Under the pieces are notes generated by a model. It ran no database searches. It saw only the letters and a list, made by a program, of their open reading frames with translations, and was not told where the DNA came from. The translations under genes and the position numbers were made by a program. DNA of 63,463 nucleotides, filler included, from Parasitella parasitica NRRL 2501 (lineage: Eukaryota > Fungi > Mucoromycota): assembly GCA_025201805.1 (NCBI GenBank). It is 10 parts of 9 records of this genome, joined end to end, with 100 filler letters (N's around TTAATTAATTAA, not from the genome) between each part and the next. Parts side by side here need not be neighbours in the genome. Positions count along the whole stretch, not along the records: positions 21,904 to 42,036 come from MU619463.1; 9 more parts are not named here. The stretch is one strand, 5' to 3'. Numbering within the stretch: position 1 is the first letter of the stretch; the number at the start of each line of letters is the position of its first letter. Shown piece by piece: positions 24,357 through 37,232 of this stretch.

Positions 24357-25588
24357 CTGTATACGACGCCATGCTCATGTAAAATCCCGAGTCCGTAGAC
24401 AATCTCAGCTGCATAAAATTTCGTGCGTTCTTCATCAAAGCATGACATATTCGATAAGTGTGTAGCGATATCGCCTCCCGCGTAATAATCAAGCACAAGA
24501 AATAACTCGGATGGCGTCTGGAATACGTGGTTTAGCTGTGCAAGGAATGGTTGGTTTCGTAAACGAACCAGGATATCTCTCTCGGCTCGAGTGTGGACGA
24601 GCTCGTTCTGCTTTATCACCCACTTTTTCTTGATCGATTTGAGAGCATACAGCTGTTGGTCTCTCTTTGATCTTACAAGCAGGACTTTCCCCATACATCC
24701 TTTTCCAATTACTTTTAAAAGACTGTAATCGCCAAGAGTGATTGCTGTATTTTGCGGTGGCGAGGATGCAGGTGTAGGTATAGGCGTAGATAAAGACAGA
24801 ACTGGCGAGGGCGAACTTGGTAAGGGCTTATTGGCAGCACTCATATTGATTAGGGGATTGTGTGATGGTAAAGAAGAAGATTGAGCAAATGGAGCCGCTG
24901 TAGTTATTCTAGATGGCAATGGCGGTAATGGGTCATCATTAGTAGGATCTGCTGAATTTTTAATCTCGACAGTTGCTGTTAATGTCGTAGATGTATGCTG
25001 AGAGGTCAGTAATGCATCTTCGTCACGTTGCACACTAGTGAAATCTCGAAGAATGGAAGAAATGCCAATAATGGAGTGCTGGAAGCAACGCTCGAGATAT
25101 TTCTCTACTTTAGATGCATTGCTCTTTTTACGGGAAAAGGGCAGCAAATCTAGAAATGACCGACGTTTGGAGTAACTCGAATTTTGTTGATCTTTCCCTT
25201 GATGCAGCTGGTGTAATTGATGTTGGTGCTGTGATTTTCGGGGAGGGTTATTCAGGGACGGAAAAGATATTTTTGATCGTGGATAGTGAAACCGAAGCTT
25301 TTTTTTTTTTTTTACCTGATGTTAATAAAGCATAAACATAATAATTATCTGCTGCTGAAATACCTTCTGATGGAATTCTAGTAAATCGAATGGATATCGT
25401 ATCAATGATACAGTTTCTTGCGAATTCTGAATGATAATGTTGAATACCTAACACACAGAAAGAAAAAAAAAGGTTAAAAAAGTTGCAAGTGTCTATTGAT
25501 GCACCCTTACGGATAGAGTGTTTTGTTGAATAGACAAGGTTGTTTCAAACACTGATATATGTCTTGAGCCCTCCAATGAGCCTGGCAT
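24357..25588 (-). CDS. Second PX-domain AGC kinase, 5' exons only (to ...HGVVYR); the next intron holds the Gypsy insertion
   Basis: Exons MPGSLEG..., VFNII...LLEFHQK, and ...KVEKYLERC...IGKGCMGKV...ALKSIKK...GVVYR|GTAG. Same intron position as the 13-16 kb paralogue. The C-lobe is not visible in the window. Confidence 0.85.
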
Positions 25589-27684
25589 ACTGTTATTAAG
25601 ATTAAATTGATTCAGGATGAATGGCGATTTATGCAAATACAGTTTTAAAAAAAAAATAGAGAGAGAAAGAAAAAAATAGAAAAAAAAATAGAAAAAAGGA
25701 ATAAACTTGTGGTTTCAATTGATCTGCATGAGCATTTTATTATTATTCGTAAGCACTCTAAAAAAACAAAGCATATTTCATGTTTCCCCTTCATTACAAG
25801 TATGCCCCCAATTCAATAGACTCCCCTCATCAGAGAGTCAAAAGTTAAACCCTGATGAATATGAATTGCGAAAACAAACAAACAAGAGATTCAAAGTCCA
25901 GCTAATTTTGACATTATCTTGATTTGGAATTACTCTCTTCAACTCCCTTTAAATAAGGAGTAAAAAAGATTTTGTCTGATCAATTATCTATATATAAATC
26001 CCCTTGTTCTCACTGCTTTTGACGAAAAAAAAAAACTCGAAAGATATATGTTCATTGAACTGTATATTTAGAAAATATAGTGCATTGATTGTTAATGCAT
26101 ATCTAGTACGTATATTCAAATTAACCGTAACAATGAAAAGCAGACATCGACATACATCATGTATACACTATGTACATATACTACTATTTTTTGCATGAAT
26201 CCCTCCCCTTCCTTATATATAAATTGAAAAGCCTACATATTTAGCCCTCCTGTATATGAAATACCTTCTTTTGGTTGCCAAACATCATGTGTAATTCACG
26301 CCTTTGTCTACACTCAAAGTAGTTATTTCGATGTAACTCCTTTCCTACATAGCTCCACATGTACGTCATGTTTTGAAAACAAATTGAGAGCATACGGTAC
26401 TATCTTATATTAAAGTATGCTATTATTGCCATGGTTAAGTCGAAGAGCGCACTAAAAATCTAAGACCTATTCATATCGCTGTTTTTATCATTATAATTTG
26501 AAGAAGCCAGCGCTATAATCAGGTTCATGAGAAAATCGTTTGTTATTTTGGAAATAGACTAAATTATTTGAACTGAGAGAATAAAAATTACATGATAACA
26601 TCTGAGTGATCATGTCATTCGCGAATTACTATAGTAATCAAAGTATTTTCTTTTTGCCACAATCAGGAACCAGGAACGCCTTTCAACTCTGCATTCGATT
26701 GAGTTTAAATTTCGATTGATGTTGAAATGATAGAACTTTAGTTTCTAAAGACGCATATCAACAGGAATGACGGCAGTGGCATACAGAATATGCTCCCATT
26801 TAGGTGCTTTTTGCATTTGCGGCAAAAATTCAAAATGACTAAAGAAAACAAAAGTTGAATATCACGCTAAAAGCATGCCAAGGAGCATTACAATACAATA
26901 ACTTCTATCCCAAATCATTGATATAGCTTAAATATACTGTCCTAGAAATAAGAATTTAGACGGTATTAAATCACGAATGCTGGTTTTTGAAAGAACCTAT
27001 TCCGAATTACCAACATAATATTCAATGTGCCAAATAGATTTATAAATACATTGCTACCATCATCAAATAATATCATGCTTGGTCGACATTTTTTTTTTTT
27101 TTTTTTTTTTTACAATACATCATCAATATCCACTTCAAATACACTAGTTTTTCATATTAATGGAACAGTTTGATTTTTTTTCCATCATGAGAGCGCTATA
27201 GTGACAATATAGAAAAGTTACAAGAACTTTAGACAATATCTTATTAACTTTTAGAAAAAAGGCCTGTATAGCAAATGCATCCAGTAACCATGATATTAGG
27301 ACATATAATACACAGTGGCTTTGTTGTACACTGATAATGGCGATGACTGATTTCATCTGGTATCGGTAAAAGGACAATAATTGATCTTGCAAGTATTTGT
27401 AAGCACAACTCTCCTCCCCCCCCCCTATTTTTTTAACTAAGCTATCAAATTGGTTTCCAATTTACGAGATTAGTCCATGATATTTATATTTTACCGACAA
27501 CAATCAATCAACCACGAAGTTGATCGCTGTTTTCACCAGCTATTGTGTAACAATTAAAATGTATGCAATTCTCAGATTCGCACATGAAATCACCTCATTT
27601 TTTTATGCTAAAATACAGCTCACTTTTTGAATATTCTGTACTACAGACATACGCCAACAAACATTCTTTTTTTTTTTTTTACAA

Positions 27685-28350
27685 ATGAATCTCAAAAAGA
27701 TATTTATGCATTTATTATTCTCGTCGTCATTTCTACAGCAAACATTGTGCAATGAGAGCAAATTTTTGAGCATTCAATCACCCACAGGCAACTCTCATAT
27801 AATGACAGGATCTACTGTCATGGTCAAATGGCAAAAAAACAAGAAATCCAAGACACTATTCAACGTTTCTCTGCATTCAAATACCTGTCAGTCAATAGTG
27901 CTCGGTTCTAATGTCAAATCAGGAAGAGGATATGCCTCGGTGCAGATACCAAAAGCTTTGATCCAGGGTGAATATGTAATCACATTGGTCAACCAGCAAA
28001 ATATGCCACTAGCATCTAGTAGGCCGCTCTATTTGATCAACAAAGAACAATTAATTTGCACATCTGTCTTTCGAGCTACACAAGCAACACAGCGCGCATT
28101 TATATCACCATTCTTATCATGTGCACGAGAAACAAATTCTTCATTGCTGCCATCACGAGAGCCAGCGAAGATGAGCACAACGATTACAGCTGAGGTTCTC
28201 ACATTAACTTCAGCTCAAGTTGCTACAATTGCTATAGGCATTGTCGTATGCTCTAGTTTTCTTTTAGCAGTGTACATTTGGGGCAGCTCTCTTTTGCAAA
28301 GAAGAAGAGATGAGGAACTTGACAATTCAGATAAAAGACGGCTTCAATAA
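27685..28350 (+). CDS. Putative type-I membrane/secreted protein (signal peptide, small Kre9/Ser-Thr-rich-like beta domain, C-terminal TM helix)
   Basis: N-terminal signal-like segment, a ISP...G....V.W pattern, and hydrophobic IAIGIVVCSSFLLAVYIWG followed by basic RRR. Confidence 0.65.
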   Translation: MNLKKIFMHLLFSSSFLQQTLCNESKFLSIQSPTGNSHIMTGSTVMVKWQKNKKSKTLFNVSLHSNTCQSIVLGSNVKSGRGYASVQIPKALIQGEYVITLVNQQNMPLASSRPLYLINKEQLICTSVFRATQATQRAFISPFLSCARETNSSLLPSREPAKMSTTITAEVLTLTSAQVATIAIGIVVCSSFLLAVYIWGSSLLQRRRDEELDNSDKRRLQ

Positions 28351-28470
28351 GCTGCAGCAATACCGTTTCAACAGCAAAAGTCGTCATCCTCACCCCATTC
28401 TGTTGGCTATTTACGCTATAACCGTTGCGTTGATTTGGCTCATGAAAAGGTATCTCATCGCATTAGTTTA

Positions 28471-31400
28471 TTAGCATGTTTTTGATTCAAGAGTTCTAAC
28501 TAGAACTTCCATCACGTCTTCATTATGCTGACTCAGGTCCAAGTCTGGCTGATTCATTTTTTCTGCAAGCCAATTGTTCTATGCTCAATCGTTAATAAAA
28601 ACAGCACATCCGCCGGTTTCGTCCCTTACCAATTCTTGACGCAAAAACTTTAGTAGTACTGCAGTTCTTGCAAAACAATCGAAATGAATCCAATCATCTA
28701 AAATTATCTTACGTTGTTTGTGCTAATAGAGAGTAGCGCACTGTTTAGCTAAACAAACAAAATGTTAAAAGTGCTTGAATACATGCCTTAATATCAATAC
28801 TAGTTGCCAAGAGAATTACAGCCACAGCATCTATGGAGGAGGCTTCCCACATGTACACTTTGTCCTTCATTTGGCCATTCGCATTATTCATGACAACCGT
28901 ATTATAAATCAAGAAATCCGAAGTTAAGACGTGTTCTTTACGGTACAACATAGAGGAGGGGTGAATCGAAAGCTCGAGGTTCTTATTGACGATTTTTTTA
29001 GAGGTGGCTACGTATTCCGCAGCCTTGGGGTACAAGCCAGCTGTCAGAGCAGCATTGATAATAGGCAGTGAGTAAGCATAAATGTTGTATGTTTCTGGCA
29101 TTTTGCACAGCTTGATACCACGCTTCACGTCAAACTGAGAAAAATGGTCGTCATCTGTAGACTTGACAAACCCAATGCTCATCAAAAGTTCCATGTACTG
29201 ACGCTTCATATCTTCAATCATCTCAAGGTTCTGCTCACTCAGGAAATTCTCTTTGCAGAACTGTCGCATCTTTCGTTGCAAACTAGAAATTGTCGCCTTA
29301 TTTTCTCGCAAATCAATCAACTGCTCACGCCACGTATGATAAGCTTTGTAAATCGTTAAGAAATCAGAGTTCTGTACGCGGAATTGGGCACGAGCAGCAT
29401 CAGCCTCATCTTCTTTACCAAAGGGCCTGACAAATGGACTCTTAAAACTGAGAGCAGCAGCAATGGTCAAGATAGGATCAAGACATCGGAAGATGGCACC
29501 AAATAGAATCATTTTACCAATGTGAACGTCGACAGGCAAGTTTGCTAGATGAGCGCCTAGCGGGGTAAGTGATTCTTGGCCATCTGTGGACAAGGCCTGC
29601 ACTTCTTGCAATGTAAGGATGGCATTATCAATCATTTTACTCGTGGGTGCATCCAACGCAGCGCTCAACACATCACGAATTCCACCCAAACCGCACACCT
29701 TGATTCGAAGACAAAGTTCCTCCAAGGGCAAACGAAGAATTTCTGGAGTTTCAAAGCTAGGCAACTGTTCATACTTGTGCTCTGTGAACAGATGGAAACA
29801 CACACCTTCTTGCACACGGCCAGCACGACCACGTCTTTGACGAACATTAGCTTTTGCCACGTATTTTTGCAGCAGACGGGATACCCTCTTTTCTTCGTCG
29901 TAGCTCACCACTTTGGCCATACCTGTATCAATTACAACAGTAACATCACTGATAGTGACACCCGTTTCAGCAATGTTGGTTGAAAACACAATCTTGCGTA
30001 TGCCCTCTGAAGGTACGTCAAACGCCCTTTCTTGATGCTCTGAAGACAGGGTAGAGTGAAGCGCAATCAGCAGAAACTTTTTTTCATCTCCAAATACATT
30101 GTGGCTAGACACAAGATCATATAGTTTACGAATTTCGTTCAAGCCAGGTAGAAACACAAGGATGGCGCCAGTGTCTGGTATATTAAATCCTTTGGTTTTT
30201 AATTCATTTGCCTTGGCAGCAGCAAGATCTTCTTTAGTCTTGCTCTTCTTGGGAATGCAGATGTAATCCAACAGCTCAAGAATCAAATCATAGTTGATCT
30301 TTTTGTCGTCCATGCGTTTAATCATCTTTCTTGTTTGTCGGCTGTAAGTTCTAGAACCAGCGTTTTCATCTTCTGTATCGGTTGTTGATGCTGATTCAAT
30401 GGTAAGCTTTGATTCGATATGAGTAGGGTCGTATGGGTCGTCGTCTGAATCATCTTCAAAAACTTCGTAATGAACACGTTTCGAAGAGCCATGCTGACCA
30501 GATACATTGATATTACCGTGTTCTATCATATAGTAGTTGATAAAAAATATGAGGGTTTCGTCATCATACTCTATCTGCGTCTAGCATATACCTGTTTTAA
30601 TTCTATGTCTTTTCATTGCGAACGGCGAATCCTCCTCCAACACATAGCCCGTATCTCGAATGATGTCTTCCAGATACTGTACATGCACAGGAAAAATTCT
30701 ACCAGGAACAGACACAACGGGGCAGTTACCGAAATACTGCGAAAATCTACTTGCTTCGACTGTAGCGCTCATCAAAACCACTCTACATGGCATTGAATCA
30801 GAGAAAAAGCCAGCATATCCGACGGCGACAACTTACTTGAGATCAGTACGAAGACGGCATAATTTTCTCAATAAAATCAGCAGAAAATCACTCTCGATAG
30901 TGCGTTCATGCACTTCGTCCACAACGACATGAGTTACACCTTCCATTAACTTGTCGCTTTCGAGTCGACGCAGTAAAATACCAGTTGTACAAAAGAGCAA
31001 TACATTTTCTGCTGACATTCTGTTTTCCATTCTTATCTGATAGCCAACCATGGCTTCGCGACTACCTGTAGATCTTGGCCGATCACCCATTTCAATAGAC
31101 ACTCGATTAGCAATCGATATGGCAGAGATACGACGAGGCTTTTAAGTGAGTTAGTGAAAATATATGCGGGTCATCGAAAATACAATGAATACCTGAGTGC
31201 AAATGACAGAACCGCTATCTAAACATCCCATCAAAAGATCCTCAGCTAAAAATTGAGGCACTTGGGTACTCTTTCCACTACAAAACGTATCAGTAACACA
31301 TTTGTGGATAACTTTAGCATGCATACTGACCAACCAGTCTCCCCAGAAATAATCAATACCTGATTACTCTTGACAAGGTCCAAGATTTCTTGTCTATTAG

Positions 31401-33709
31401 CAGTTATAGGTAGATCCTTTCTCTTGCCTTTCATGGCCAAGTAATCTTTGGTATCCAATCTCTTACTAAAGGTTTGCTTGACTCTAGCAAACATTTTCTT
31501 TTGTTTAAGCACCTGTTGCTTGGATTTGGTAGTAACCGCTTCATTTGTTATGATATCTGAGCTTTCAGCATTAGTTAACTGAATGCATGCAAGCAGTGTA
31601 AGTTAGTGACGTTTATTGTGAACCTGTTTAATACTTGCATCGTTTTTAGCATTGGATGTAATCACTGATTTTTCAACTAGATGCATAAGGAAAGATAATC
31701 TCTTTTTCTCGGCTTCAATCCGTGGGCCATCCTCACGAAGTTTCTAAGATGTCCTGTCAACACACTTACAAAGAATATCCCGAGTGGTAAAAAAAAAAAC
31801 TTGCCTTTTCCTCTACCCAGCCATTCCATACATCTCTATAGGTTATGGGCAGCACTTTATATATAAAAGATTCTGAATCCAATTCAAAGAGAGCATATGC
31901 CTATATGATAATGAGAATATGGATATTACTTGGCGCATCTTTACTTACAGCAATCAATTGAATAGCATCTTGTTTGCTTTCAGCAGCTACTCCCACAGGT
32001 AACTCGTATTGCATAGAAAGATTGTAGCCTTCTGTCGCTATTTTTAGTGTTGCTCTCCATATGCCAGATCCTTCTTTTGTTGCATTATACGACAGTGTTC
32101 CTAATTTTTGCTTGTTGCAATGCTCCAACATTATATCCTTAGGATATCTACCCACATAAGATTTAGGCACACTAAGATCGACGATATTCCAACTGGTAAT
32201 TGCTGTAGTACATGCCGTTGTATTTGCCATTATAGCTGCCTCCTTCTCCTCATCCATTAGCATACCTCCAAACAGACCGCCTTCTTCGTCCTCTTCATCC
32301 TCTTCATCCTCTGCCTTTTCTTCTAACTCAGTTGATATTGCTCGTTCCTCTGCCTCTTTTTGCTGCTTCTTGATCATTTGTTCCAGTGCTTCTTGTTGCT
32401 CTTTGCGTTTCTTCTCTGCAACCAATCCAAGTTTTTCAATGTATATATTTTGCGCTATCTTTTTATCAAAATCCCAATCAACTTCTAAACTAGCCAACTT
32501 GTCCTTAATATGCCTGACATCTTTTCTTGTCTTGGCAATCTGGGCAACAGTAAGGACAATTGGGTTATCCGACTCCTTTTTCTTATTCTTTTTCTGCTTA
32601 TTGCTAGTGCTATCATTGTGGTTGTTTGATGCCAACAATTTCTCTAAATCAGCCAACTGAAGTTTGGTATTCGCGTATTGTTCATTGACGTTCAGGTCTT
32701 CCTCATCATTCTGTATGATGCTATTGTAAATAACACAATTGCAGATTCTGATTTGACATGCCACGTACCATATATTGCTCCGCTGCTTCTAAAATTCGAG
32801 ATTTCATAGCTCTGTCGTCGATGGCTTCTATCTTGTTGAACTTTTTTTCTACTACAGCAGTAGGTTGATCTTCTTTTACAGGTTTCATATCAAACACATG
32901 TTTGCTGTTTTTGTTTTGATTTGATAATAAAATCAACTGCTCATTATCGTCATCTTCATTGAAATATTTGTCAAAGAAACCAATTGGCATTCTTTCATAA
33001 GGAACATTGATGCAGAGCTATTTAACCGCATTAGCACACACAAATACAGACTGGATCCTTGTTCGACATTACCCAATCCAAATGATCAGCAAGGGATTTA
33101 GAAAAAGTAGCTTGGAACGAAGCAGCAACATCCTCATCATCGAATCCAAGTTTGATCAAGACTCGGTACAAGACATCAAATCGGCTGACAACTTTTTCTT
33201 TTTCGTATTCGTTGGCATTCTTCAAGACGGGTTGATCGAATTTGCCTATACTTATCAGATCAGCTTGATTGCTTCGCATTGTATTCAACATCCACCAACT
33301 TACCAAAGATATTGCCATGTTGGTGTTTGACGACTTGGAGTAACTCTCGTTCAAGTTCTGCAGTGAGTCGAAACTTTTTGATTCTATCTTCCGGGATTTG
33401 TTGTAACTGAGAATCTTCCTTTAGCAAACGTTCGAGCGCAACCTGCGATTTGTGATCATTCAAAGACTCATACTTTTTGATTATTTTCAGTAACGGGTCT
33501 TCTGCTAACGCTTCGGGAGTAGCTGCCGTTTTCGAGGTGGCAGATGTCAATATATCTGCAAAAGGACTATCCTGTTCTGCTGCAGCTTTGGTGGGCACGT
33601 TATCAACTGCTTTCTCTTCAAAGCTGGGTAATTTCTCTGGTTTCTTGGAAGGTGCTGATGTTGTGGCATAGCCACGATTTGACGCGATCTTTGACTTCTT
33701 CTTTGCCAT
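28471..33709 (-). CDS. DEAH-box RNA helicase, DHX29/DHX57-like, multi-exon
   Basis: Walker A GETG|SGKST split by an intron, [29 protein letters not shown]2 ([14 protein letters not shown]) and OB-fold. Fungal DHX29-type N-terminus MAKKK...[12 protein letters not shown]. Final exons end ...LESKTC* at 28471. Confidence 0.93.
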
Positions 33710-35383
33710 GTTAAGTTGTCGAGATGAAAACTGTTTATACCTTTTTTTTTTTGCTGCGTCCTGCCCTTTTAAGCCGCAGCGGCAACGAAAAAATGAGATT
33801 CAAGCAATTAATCTCATTTGCTACTACTAATATTGGGAGTTTTCGAATTAAAAGACCAAACATGACATACCGCTATCATACGCTAAAATCAGTTTCATTT
33901 GATAATACATATCTGGTTTCTATACATACGCATTAGACTACGGAAAACCCCACTTTTCTAGAAAAATGCATAAAAATGCATAAAGTACAATCAAGTCGAG
34001 TTTTATACTAGTCTGAGGCCAAGTGACATATACTTTGTGGCGCATATAAAAAGAGTAAACTGCAAAAATAGTTGGTCTTGACTGAAACAGAATCAATGAA
34101 AAAACAGCCTTTCACTCTTTGTAGCAAAATATGATTGCAATTACGAAATTCATTGGCCACTTTTTACTACTTACAACAAATGCTCTGTGATTATAGCGTG
34201 TCATGTTATCAATATTTTGGGAAAGGCATTTTCGCGAGTGACGAACAATATATATCATAATTAATAATGTGCCTGTGTTTGATATGTGAAAGTGTACTAG
34301 TCATCAGTGCCAGATTTTAGCTGGTAACAAAGTACAAAATGCTTCATAACAAGGTTTGAACATAATACAAGGTCATCACGAAGAAGGTAAAGTAAGATTC
34401 GTATTTCAGAATATTGTGGAAAATAGATCAAATAGCCCCAAAGATTGATAATAGCCAAATAAGATAGCTAACTGCTATGTACAAGAAAGCTTTTGACTTC
34501 TTGCAGTAGCTGTAGTAATGATAGTTCACAAGCTACATCTAATAAGCTAACTGTCTCACAAAACACAAGGCTAACTAAAGATTTTTTTTTTTTTTTATAA
34601 GGAGCAATTGTTATTTATTGATTATTTGAATTTAATACGGATTGGATGGTTCAATTGAATCTGTAGCATTCGATGGATTTATGTCGCAGTCCTCAACATT
34701 GCTTTTAAGTTCATCTCAAATGATCTTATTCCATTCCGTAGGAACAACGTATGAGATTTTCTAGCCGCTACCTGATGGTCTTCAGTAATATTTCTTGTGT
34801 CGGAGAATATATAGCGAATACATCGATTGCCATTATTCTGACCATGTTGCAAATGCTAAGTGTCTATTTAATAAACAAAAATAATAGAAATAGCTATGAA
34901 ATGTCTTGTATATGAAACCATCTAAATTTGATTCTATTTTAAACTTATCAGGACAATCAGAGCATTACTTGATTTTCACTGGGCGATGTATATATCAAAA
35001 GTCATATGCAAGCGCAGTTTTTGATTCCATAAACAATATCAGATATCTGACCATAAACTCTACTAAACAAACAGTAGAAACAAAATCAAACTTGGAAAAC
35101 ATAGGTTGACTCAAGACTATCGAATAAAAACGTCTATCTATGAAAAAATGCGCATGTGCAAAGTTTTCCGTTAAAACCAGCAATTTTCATATTGCAGATA
35201 CATATAAAACGCAACTTTTCGCATAAGCCAAAATGACTGTTTTATGTTTAATTAAGTCAGGCAAGATCAGAGCTATCTGAGCATAACGTTGTTACCTGCA
35301 CAGTCAAATAAAGCTTGTTCTAAGCTTGATTCAAACAGGTGTGATCCGTGTAGTACACACCCAGAGATATTGACTTCTCAATA

Positions 35384-35957
35384 GGGGTATTCAAATAGCA
35401 AAAATAAAATTAAAAAAATTAACATATTTCAGCCAATGGATTCGATATACAATTGAATACCCCATTTTAATAAAAATTGAGTAAATATTTAAAGCGTCGG
35501 GAGACTGATCCACTTCCTCACCATACATAATGCCACCATGTTGTTTGGTTGGTTAGGTGGAGATATGCTGACGGCAAGGCGTTGCAACTCACTGGCAGCA
35601 TTATTGCTGGCATGGTGGTAGCCTAATTTGGCTCTGTCAATGCCACGCACAGGACAGTGCCGGTCATGTCAGCAAGGATTCTCAAGTTGCTCAGTGAGCA
35701 ATACCCTGCTGCCCACACTTTGTGGAAGCAGAGTGGAGAGGGCAGGACAGACGAGGATCCTAGTTTTGACAACAACCTTTTGGTGATTAGATGTATACGG
35801 ATGCTCTGGCCAATCATACATTTTGTTTTTTTTTAATTTAATTGAAGAATTTAAGAAGAAGAAAAATAATAAAAATAATTAAAATTTACCTAATAAAATT
35901 GCTCAAATCTTTTTTATTTTATTTAATTTTTTTTACATTTTGCTATTTAAATACCCC
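35384..35957. mobile_element. MITE-like non-autonomous element with GGGGTATTCAAATAGCAAAA TIRs flanked by TA
   Basis: Left TA|GGGGTATTCAAATAGCAAAA and right TTTTGCTATTTAAATACCCC|TA (one mismatch). An extra internal TTGAATACCCC is at 35453-35463. Confidence 0.7.
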
Positions 35958-36101
35958 TAATATAGTAATAAACAACTCGACGCCAATAAAATATATATAG
36001 CTTAAAGGGCCCTATACCCATATCTGAAGTTCAGAATTAATTTTTAATGAGGAGAGCTGAAGGCTCTCCTCACTAAAAAATAAATTACATGTCCGAGGTA
36101 T

Positions 36102-36430
36102 TGTTGTGCAAGGTCTTGAAATTGAGCACAGCAGGTGATTGTATATGGTATAAAGAATAGAAGAAAGTAATGAAGACTTAATTTACCAGATACATAACTA
36201 TTGATTTATTGATTGACAAGAAGCTGTCTATTTATATTAGAAGAAATCTATCTGAATCAATCTATAAAATACAATCAGGTCATGTTTGACATTTAATTGT
36301 CAAACAAGATTATAACACAGTAGTTGTCAGAGCAAGACCTATTTCTATATTTAATCAGCTAATCGTTTTGAATGTGAATCATTCATCGATAAGTTGAGCT
36401 TCACAATTTAAAATAAGTAGAACCTATTTA
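36102..36430 (-). mobile_element. LTR-like repeat, three copies in the window (36102, 41699-41855 inverted, 54502)
   Basis: Starts TGTTGTG. Minus-strand TATAAATAG...AATAAA. Aligns with 54502-54840 and, inverted, with 41699-41855. Confidence 0.75.
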
Positions 36431-36595
36431 GGATACAGATCAAACCTTAGCGGTAATGTATTATACAGTATAATACATCATAAAGCGAGCATGAGTAGAA
36501 ATGCGTAGTAGAATGGAATATATATAATGACTTTATTTAGACATGGCAAAGAGACATGAGTGGCGCCATTGAATGGCTGATCTTTATTCCAGTAA

Positions 36596-37232
36596 TGCAG
36601 TTAATTTGAAAGATTTACGAAATAAAAAAAAAAGTAAAAATAAAAGCGATATGAAAATACAATTATAATCAAGTTTGGGGTTCTTTATTATAAAAGTATA
36701 CTGAGGTTTTATCTAGAGAAAAACATCTTAGTATTTATAGGATTTGAATTGTTGTATATCAGTTCTCATGAATGAAGCATTGATCCTAGAGTCAATGCGT
36801 TAATTTGTCGTTGTTTAATTATAGGTTTTAAGGAGAAGCAAATTATGCTGAATGCTTTCACCATTGATGGAGATTTGCGTAACATTGGTTGGCCGTGTTA
36901 GGATAGCTATCGTCATACTTTAGTTATTCTGTTAAAAATATCCTTATCTAGAATGATGGGAAAAACTCATTGAATGACGAGCTGCCATAATTGATATCTT
37001 TGTCATTATTATTCTTATTGTGAATGTTTATTGTGTAAGGAAAAGCATTTTGATCAGGAGTGTTTTCCTTCACACGACATTCATTGATAAGGTCTTGAAT
37101 TGTATTTGTAATTCGATTTGATTTATATGACTTAATATGTTATGCGAACTCGAATGGCATGAATTGACTATGCGTGACACTTGAGTCCTATTTTTTTTAG
37201 TTACTTGCTTTTAGTTATACCATTCCATTGCA
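36596..37232 (+). repeat. Second copy of the 10143-10992 dispersed repeat, abutting and truncating the CMC transposase 3' end
   Basis: Homology with the 10-kb copy stops at CATTGCA (37232), inside the last codons of the transposase ORF. Confidence 0.85.
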
